Assembly: GCF_009914755.1 (NCBI RefSeq) | Contig: NC_060929.1 | Reading direction: 5' to 3' (one strand) | Source of the DNA: the human T2T-CHM13v2.0 reference genome, Homo sapiens | Length of the DNA: 64,000 nt | In this document: positions 52,155 through 64,000 of the stretch, in pieces | Position numbering within the stretch: position 1 is the stretch's first letter | Layout of the letters: each line of letters begins with the position of its first letter | The notes under the pieces: model-generated | Databases searched by the model: none | What the model was told of the DNA's origin: nothing | The model's input: the letters and a program-made list of their open reading frames with translations, nothing else | Position numbers and translations under genes: made by a program

Positions 52155-53474
52155 TTACAGATAGATGGCTAAGCCAGGCCAAAAACTCTTGAGGGGAGAG
52201 GGGAAGATAAAGTATCAGAATCATCAGTGAATAGGGGATCTCAAGCTACCCATGCCCCGCCTATCATTCCTCACTCTCTGAGAAGCGATGTTTTGATTAC
52301 CATTCACATTGCAAATGTTTCTGATGTGCGTCTTAGTCCTCAGAATACTTGGGCATAGGAAGGCTACACATCATACACAAATACATTTGGTGATGGTGGA
52401 TGGATTGTAACAAAACCACCAAAACACAAAGAAACTTAACCACAACTGTGGCTGAACACTAAATTGTTACCTCAATTGTTTACGGAACTCTTTGGATTAA
52501 ACTTTAAAAGAAACTCTCGTCTTATCATTTTAAGCTTAATTTAAAAAATAATTGCCGGCCAGGCGCGGTGGCTCACTCCTGTAATCCCAGCACTTTGGGA
52601 GGCCGAGGCAGGGAGATCATCTGAGGTCAGGATTTTCAAGATCAGCCTGGCCAACATGGTGAAACCCGTCTCTACTAAAAATACAATAATTAGCCGGGCA
52701 TGGTGGTGGGCGCCTGTAATCCCAGCTACTTGGTAGGCTGAGGCAGGAATTGCTTGAACCCGGAAGGCAGAGGTTGCACCGAGCCGAGATCGTGCCATTG
52801 CACTCCAGCCTGGGCGACAGAGCAAGACTCCGTCTCAAAAAAAAAAAAGTAATGCCAAAGGAAAACCATAGCACTGGTTTGGGAATTTTATAATTAGTAA
52901 AACAAAGTTCTTCTATACCTGGATTTTATTTATTTGAAAGGCCTTTGGTTGTTTTTTGAGATAGGGTCTAGCTCTATCACCCAGCCTGGGGTGCAATGAT
53001 GCAATTATAGCTCACTGCAGCCTTGAACTCCTGGGCTTAAGCAATCCTCCTGCCTCAGCCTCAGCCTCCCGAGTAGCTGGAACTACAGGCCCACACCACT
53101 ATGCCTGGCTGGTCTTGAACTCTTAGCCTTAGCCTCCCAAAGTGCTAGGACATCTTTCTTCCGTGACTATTGGTATAAGAAAGAGCACTGGTGAAGTTCA
53201 CCAGCCACACTGTGGAAAGTTCAAAGTGGTTACTGCCAAAGTTCAAAGACATGGTTACTGCCAAACATTCTCTCCACTTCAAACTTTGTCACAAAAGGGT
53301 GCTAAGGAAAAAACCAGCCAACACCACACAAAAAACTGTCTCCAGTCCTGGTTGGCAAAGAATGAAATTACACCAGTGACCTCAATTTGGGAGGCAATAA
53401 CTCCAACACCTGGTTGGTCTCCTTTAATTATCAGAAGGAGCACGTGGGCCAGGAAAGGAGAGCTGAGTCGGTAC

Positions 53475-53690
53475 CTGATCCAGTCCTCCTCCAGCTCATC
53501 ACAGGACTCGCCGCCAGTTGTGTAGTCTGTCTCATAGTGATCTTGCTCTGTTCTCTTTGACCTTCCTGCTCTTCCCTTTGCAGGTGCTCTTTTTGAAGGT
53601 GTCTCAAAGTTACCACCGCTGCTGTAACGAGGCTGCCTGAAGTCATCCACAGGCGAAGTTAATGGAAGCTCCTGAACCACTTCAGGAACC
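53475..53690 (-). pseudogene. OCLNP1: Occludin exon 6 copy ([10 protein letters not shown]...[23 protein letters not shown])
   Basis: attag|GGTT...CAG|gtaccg, 216 nt; inside ORF 53279..53710. Confidence 0.93.
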
Positions 53691-54777
53691 CTAATAAAAA
53701 CAGGCATCATTGTTCAGTACACTACAGCCCTTTGCCAGTGCACTGTAATCACAGAGCACAGCCATAATAAACACCAGCAGACATCTGCACGCAGGTGCAC
53801 TCACGCGAGGACTTCAGATGTTCAACACTGAGCAGATGCCTCGTTTTCTGCATTCAATTTGACAGCAGTTCAGAGTCCTCTAATACACACAAGTAGTAGG
53901 TTCCAATTTAAAGGGGAGTAGCCATTTTTATACCTTCTAAGTACAATGGATCTCAGATTTCATTTTAAAAAGTTCAGGCTGATCTATAAGAGGTGTTTAC
54001 TTGACCTGTGCCAGGGACTTACTCTACAAAGGCTGTCAGGAAAACAGTGATCATTCTTTTCTACAGGCTCTTCTAGTTCCCTGGAATGCTGCATGGGGAA
54101 GAATGCACACATGCTCTTTGTAATATTGATCTTATACTACCATATATCAATTATCATATTAAGATAAAATCTTGCAAAATAAACTAAATATCTAAACTAA
54201 AAAAGTAAAAAGCTTTACATTGCAATAAATTAAAGAGTTCCTTTAGGATTCTTTTTAAAATTGCTGTTAATCCTGAAGCCACGTAGAATGAATAGAAGGG
54301 TTACCATTACACACTTACTATTTTCTTCTAATACAATTATTTAAAGTTGCATCACAATTGCATGTTTCGGACACAAACATGAAAATAACCCTAACTGAGG
54401 AATAAAATACCAAAGTTGAAAGTGGGAACTACTTCTGAGTAAAAGAAATACGAAGTTTCATTTTCTTGTAGAAAAGGGCAAGAACAGAAATGAAAACACC
54501 AAAGAATGGGCCTAAGACTTTCCAAGCATCAGCCTTGCCATTCCAATCAACTATTTAAAATGTCTGAAGCGTTTCTTTTTGCTGCCAATTTACATAAACT
54601 ATCATACTGAGCTCTTCCAGGTTTAGTCCCTTTTCTAGGTGATCCACATGTGCTTTGCTGTAACTGTTGTCAGAGTCTTAGATTTCTAAGCACACAATTT
54701 CTTGCAGACTCTAAACTTTGGGGTATGTGTGTGTAGATGCAGGTGGGGGTAGTATTTATTTCTTCTTTCAAGATTTA

Positions 54778-55074
<297 letters not shown>

Positions 55075-56269
55075 TCAGGTAATATGGCTTTGTGTGCTAT
55101 GCTAATGTTACTTCTAATGGAGAGAAAATGTGACTTTCTCCATGAGTCAATGATTAACAAGTTCCTAGACACTCTGCCAAAACTGCCAGGTACTATGCCT
55201 CTTCTTTGAGGTAGAAAAACAAAACCTTTAGAATGCAGTGGATTCATTTTAGGGGTGGGGCCAAAGAGGGAGGGAACTAAAGGGCAAAAGAAATTAGAAA
55301 AAAACATAAAAACAAAAAGTAAAACATCAAAGTAGGCCTCCTGCCAGAATTTTTATGATATTAGATATTGATATATCTTTAACTTCGAAGTTTTCCTCCC
55401 CTCCTCCTACACCCCTTTAAAATATTAACATACTTGATCTAGCATGAAAGCTAAAAGCAAAATGTTTCACAAGAAAAGTATTGACTACAGGTGTGAGCAA
55501 CACCACACTGGGCTAATTTTTAATTTTTTTGTAGAGACAGGGTCTCACTCTGTTGCCCAGGCTGAGCCTTCCACATTTCCCAAGCTGCGTTGATCTTTCC
55601 AGCCCAGCATGAAGTTTTCTTTCCCAAAGCTTACATAGCAAAAAGATTCTGATTGGCCCTTTTTGGGTCACTGTCATCCTTGAAGCCAGGAGAATGTTCT
55701 CTGATTAGCAAGACTTAGATATGCCTCCCAATAATGGTAGCAGCTCTAAAATACAGTGTGTACAACAAACGTCATTCTAATAGTCATGGCATTGTTGATC
55801 ATGGGTTGTTTCTCTGCCTTCACTGATGCTGTGTGTAATCAGAAAAGAAGGATTCTTATGCATGTGTTTTCAATTCAGTAATTGTCCTGAACACCTGACA
55901 TGCATAGAGTACTGAGCCAGGTGACCCTGGGAAGACCAGGTCCATGTTCTCACGGAGGCTGCAAAACAGGGGTGGAGGAAAGTGCACAACAATTCTGCTG
56001 AGAGTCAGGGCAAGGTAGGAGCAATAAAGGCAGCGTGAAGGAGTGTGAGAGAGAATAAAACAAATGACTGAAGAATAAAAAGAACAAGCCGGCCAGGTGC
56101 GGTAGCTCACACTTGTATAATCCCAGCACTTTGGGAGGCTGAGGCAGGGGGATCACTTGAGGTTAGGAGTTTGAGACCGATCTGGCCAACATGTTGAAAC
56201 CCCTGTCTCTACTAAAAATACAAAAATTAGCTGAGCATGGTGGTGCAAGCCTGTGATCCCAGCTACTCA

Positions 56270-56434
<165 letters not shown>

Positions 56435-56736
56435 CTACTCAGGAGGCTGAGGCAGAAGGATCACTTGAGTGCAGGAATTTGAGGATTCAGTGAGCTATGA
56501 TCACACCACTGGACTCCAGCCTGTGTGAAACAGTGAGACCCTATCTCTAAAAAGTAAAAATAAATAAATAAATAAATGTAGATGGCTATCCTGTCACAAC
56601 AGAAGCTGAACTGAGAAGAAAGCCAACATACCGACAGATGAAAGAGAGCACATAACAGCCCTGCTATCTTCTGAATCCTTCGATTATGCCATGACTGAAG
56701 CTACAGACGTCCTTGGGCCTCACGTGACTCAGATAA

Positions 56737-56907
<171 letters not shown>

Positions 56908-59329
56908 TAAACTAGTTTAAACTGGGCTTCTATAACTCCTCTAACTTGCATAAAAGTCCTAACATCATCCTACCAGCCTATTACTACCAAACAATGGTCT
57001 CATTTAGCAATGCAAGGAGTCAGCCTTCTTTGAAAGCTTTGCATTGCAGCAACATTCAACTTCCTTGATTTATGAAGGGTAATTCAACCTGGGTGTGGAC
57101 AGGATAGTGGAGAGTGTACCTAATAGGGCTCTCCCAAGTTCGTTTAGTAGGTTTGGAGAGGCAACCATCTTCAGCTAAATTCTGGTGTCCCCTGATGCAG
57201 GATTAATTCTCAGAGCTGACTGCCTTAAAATTCTAAGGTATGGGACATTATAAGCAAAAGGAACCAGATATGAGAGTAAACTGCATTATTCCATTTTATT
57301 TAAAGTCCAATAATAACACGTTCACTAACAGATGGTGACAGACATCAAAATAGCTGTTACCTTGGGGTGGGTGTGGGTGGGTATTGATGGAGAAAGGGCA
57401 CATGGGGACCTTATGTAGGGCTCAAAATGTATCTTGGTGGTGGGAGTTAAGTGGTCATAGATGGGAAAACTCATCAAGCTGTATACTCAAGATTAGTGCT
57501 CTTTTTATGGAATGTACATTACGCGTTGGGAGAAAAAAACATCTTAATACTGATTTACCTCATCCTTGGCACGGATGGGTGGATGGACACAATGTTCTCC
57601 ATCTAATTCCTTCTCTATCCACTAGCATGGTGAGGAAGAGAGGTGCTCATGGGTTACTAAGCACTTGCAAGAATGCCTTAGGAAAGACAGGCTATGACTT
57701 ATGTGTTCTTATTCCCATTCAAGTGGGTGTCCTCTGAATCCTCTATAGCACTCAGTACTCTACTATGAACAACACTTTACAATTTCTATTGCCCCCCAGA
57801 GGCTGTAAAATCCTTCCATCATTACCATGCTCTGGGGGAGATATTGTGCATTAGTATCTCTTAGTACCACTCCCATTCACCCATTCATCTGGGTTCTAAA
57901 ATGAAGCATCGTGTTTGCACTTTCCAGACCTTCAAAAAAAATTCTGGGGCATAAGTTTGGAGTAGAAACTAGTACAATCCTTAAGAAATAAAACTTTTAC
58001 TACATCTATCAAAATGAAAAAATGCACATTTATTTTAGCTCAGCAATTCTGCCTCCAGATACATTCACATATGTATAAAGTGATAAATGTATAAGGTTAT
58101 TCCTTATACATTTGTGGTCTGTAATAACAAAACATTGGGGGAAAGTGTGCATCATATAGGATTAATACATTAAGTATACCAGCCAGGTGCGGTGGCTCAT
58201 GCCTGTAATCCCAACACTTTGGGAGGCTAAAGCAGGCAGATCAGTTGAGGTCAGGAGTTCAAGACCAGCCTGGCCAACATGACAAAACCCCATCTCTACT
58301 AAAAATTAGCCAGGCGTGGTGGTGGGTGCCTGTAATCCCAGCTACTCAGGAGGCTAAGGCAGGCTACTCGGGAGGCACTTGAACCTGGGAGGCAGAGGTT
58401 GCAGTGAGCCGAGATCGCGCCACTGTACTCCAGCCTGGGCAACGGAGCGAGACTCTGCCTCAAAAAATAATAATAATAAAATAAATAAAGTATACCTATT
58501 TGGTAGAATATTATACAGCTATAAAACACAATAGTGCTTCTTCTTGATTATAATTAAAAAAATAAAACAGAATCAGGCAACTCATTGCATAGTGATATGG
58601 ACAATATCCAAGATAAAATATATTGCTAATGATACATTTGGTATGCTAATATTTTCTTTTTCTTTTTTTTGAAACAGGGTCTCACTCTGTCACCCAGACT
58701 GAAGTGGAGTGGCACGGTCTTGGCTCACTGCAGGCTTGACCTCCTGGGCTCAATCAATCCTCCCACCTCAGCCTCCCAAGTAGCTAGGACTAGAGGCATG
58801 TGCCACCATACCTGGCAAATCTTTATATTTTTTGTAGAGAGGGGGTTTAGCAATAATGCCCAGGGTGTTCTCGAACTCCTAGGCTCAAGCAATCCACCCA
58901 CCTCAGCCTCCCGAAGTGCTGGAATTACAGGCATGAGCCACTGTGCCCAGCTCTGGTATGCTAGTATTTTAAGGGGGGGTGGGGGAATCAATGTACTTTG
59001 GCCAGTATCTTTATGTTTTAAAATCTGTGGAGAAATAGAAAGTGATGACATTAGTTGCCTCTGGGGAGAGGAACTAGCTAGCTGGTACCTTTTGTCCCTT
59101 TTAAATTTTCCACTACATAAAGTATTCAAGAATAAGAAAGATTAATACTTAAGGAATAAGACTTTCAAATTAATTTCAAATGAATTTGTGAAACTATCCT
59201 GGTTTTTGTGAAAAGGGACAACACCAGGGAATGCTGTGTAACCACGCAGGCCTTACAATTTAGAGGAACAGCTGGTGCCAAGATGCAGTATAGATATACA
59301 TTTTGTATGTATGAAAGTTCTGCAAATTG

Positions 59330-59450
59330 GTCCTTTTATAGTTGATGAGCATGATGATTGGGTGTTCACACGCATGTGTGAAATGTCCCACCCTCAAATC
59401 TTGTTACAATATTGGCACATTACCCATCTGACATGAAAAAGGAGAAAAAA
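59330..59450 (+). pseudogene. U13 (SNORD13) C/D-box snoRNA retrocopy with poly(A) tail and 14-bp TSD
   Basis: Matches recalled U13 (tccttt.tagtt.atgagc.tgatgattgggtgttca...ttaccc.tctgac). Box C ATGATGA 59351-59357, box D CTGA 59428-59431. TSD aaagttctgcaaat at 59314-59327 and 59451-59464. Confidence 0.88.
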
Positions 59451-59949
59451 AAAGTTCTGCAAATCATAGCTTAAAAATTTTAGAGGCTGAGGCAGGAGGA
59501 TCACTTAAGGCCAGGAGTTCAAGACTATCCTGGGCAACAAAGCAAGACCCCTTCTCTACAAAAATAAAAATAAAAAATTAGCCAGCCATAGTGGCACATA
59601 CCTGTGGTCCTGGCTAAAGTGAGCTATGAAGCAAGAGGACTGCTTGAGCCCAGGAGTTCAAGGTCACAGTGAGCTATGATCACACCACTGCACTATAGGT
59701 CTGGGCGACAGAGTGAAACAGCATCTCAAACAAATGATGAAAAAAAAAAACTTAGAAGGATTGCATCTCTCTTGCGTACCCTTGTCCCTAACACTCTCAA
59801 GTGCTTTAGTTTTTGTCAAAATCCAAAGAGAAGAACAGAGAAAATGTGCTTTCTCCAAATCATTCACAATTGAAATCAACAGCAAGATCAAGTCTGAATA
59901 CCAAAACAACTATGCACTCAGAGTAAATCTCATATATCATGGCCCACTA

Positions 59950-60183
<234 letters not shown>

Positions 60184-60415
60184 TCACTTGAACCCAGGAG
60201 ACGGAGGTTGCAGTGAACTGAGATCGCACTACTGCACTCCAGCCTGGGTAACGGAGTGAGACTCCGTCTCAAAAACAAAACAAACAAAAAAACACTTCGA
60301 AGTAACAAAAAAGTTATTTCCAGTAGATACACCTTTAACATAGACATTCAAACTAGCTGAAAGGAAATTTTTTGGGCTTTTTCAGTCTCCAAAGGAACTT
60401 AGAGTTCTAGAATTA

Positions 60416-63014
<2,599 letters not shown>

Positions 63015-63755
63015 TATATGTAAAAATAACGACTTCATCATCCTTAGGCAAAAATTACATCCCCGTCCATACCAATTATCTCCAATAGTCTTCTCTCACT
63101 AGTCATTAGGTGGAATTAGAATTGAGCTTTAGGGTAAGTGTTTCCACCACAGAGATACCATTTCAATTATCATATGACACCTACCCTAGGCCAGACGTTC
63201 ACTGAGGTTTCACATCTCCCAGCAATACTGAGGACCTAGCACAGCAAATGAAATACCACAATTCCTGGATTCAAATGAAGTCTTCTAGTTTAACAGAAAT
63301 GTATGTGGGCAGGGTTGATTAATGTGAAATGTCCTCCCTTCTGTTTATGAGATCCAACAATTATAGGCAAAAGGAGAGGCTGAGCACAGCACTGACCTCT
63401 GCTCAGTAACTTCCTCTCACCCTCACCTAAACTTCAAAACCAGAAATAGCAGAACCACATTCCTAGAGTGAAAGAACCCAACCCAACCTTTCAATTAAAC
63501 AAGTAAGTGAAAAGAAGCATTTTCAACTTAGAAGGGAAATAGAACCCCACCCTCCTCATCCTGGTCTTCCAAGTAGCCGTAGGCCTCTGTACCAACAAAG
63601 CAAAGATTGTTGTAATACCAAGATCCAGATCCAGCTTTTGTGTGCACTGCTGGATATTTTTTTTAAGCAGAAAGGCACAAAAACAACAAAAACCAATTAT
63701 ATGCAAATACTCATTTTTACACTCAGTCTATCAAACTAAGAGAGATGCTACTTAC

Positions 63756-63901
63756 GGCGTGGATTTATAGGAAGACTCTGGATAAAACCGCTTGTCATTC
63801 ACTTTGCCATTGGAAGAGTATGCCATGGGACTGTCAACTCTTTCCACATAGTCAGATGGGGGTGAAGGCACGTCCTGTGTGCCTGCAGACACATTTTTAA
63901 C
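63756..63901 (-). pseudogene. OCLNP1: Occludin exon 5 copy ([49 protein letters not shown])
   Basis: ttttttaag|GTT...GCC|gtaagt, 146 nt. Confidence 0.92.
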
Positions 63902-64000
63902 CTTAAAAAACCCCAAGAGATAGTTATTATTTATCTTGTAATGAAAAGGGGGAAGACACTGAAGAAAATTATCTTATATACATTATCTAATATTTATGTG

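Overview
Human (hominid) genomic DNA from the 5q13.2 SMA segmental duplication. It is AT-rich, with roughly 70 Alu copies or fragments. Two spliced loci lie in tandem on the minus strand. (1) A complete, intact GTF2H2-family gene (TFIIH p44): CpG-island promoter at ~38.1-38.65 kb, non-coding exon 1 and 15 coding exons. I assembled these by hand: ATG at 33464, TGA at 6391-6393, 1188 nt = 395 aa, all introns GT-AG, carrying Ile151 and Val236. (2) Upstream of it, exons 5-9 plus the 3'UTR of occludin (63901 to stop at 44924). These have intact splice sites and an open frame, but encode Asn where I recall Lys504 in OCLN, which fits the partial duplicate OCLNP1/LOC647859. Exons 1-4 cannot be assessed in this window. 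Also present: a U13/SNORD13 retrocopy with TSDs, a nested MER44>MER2+Tigger1>Alu transposon stack, a twin-primed inverted L1, Tigger3, Kanga/Tc2, MER63, ERVL/MaLR LTRs, and L1/L2 fragments. Almost all ORFs in the supplied track are Alu-derived noise. The best lead is that the occludin 'pseudogene' still encodes an uninterrupted 200-aa soluble C-terminal protein and sits phase-compatible just upstream of GTF2H2. Paralogue names, reference residues and repeat subfamilies are from recall, not database searches.
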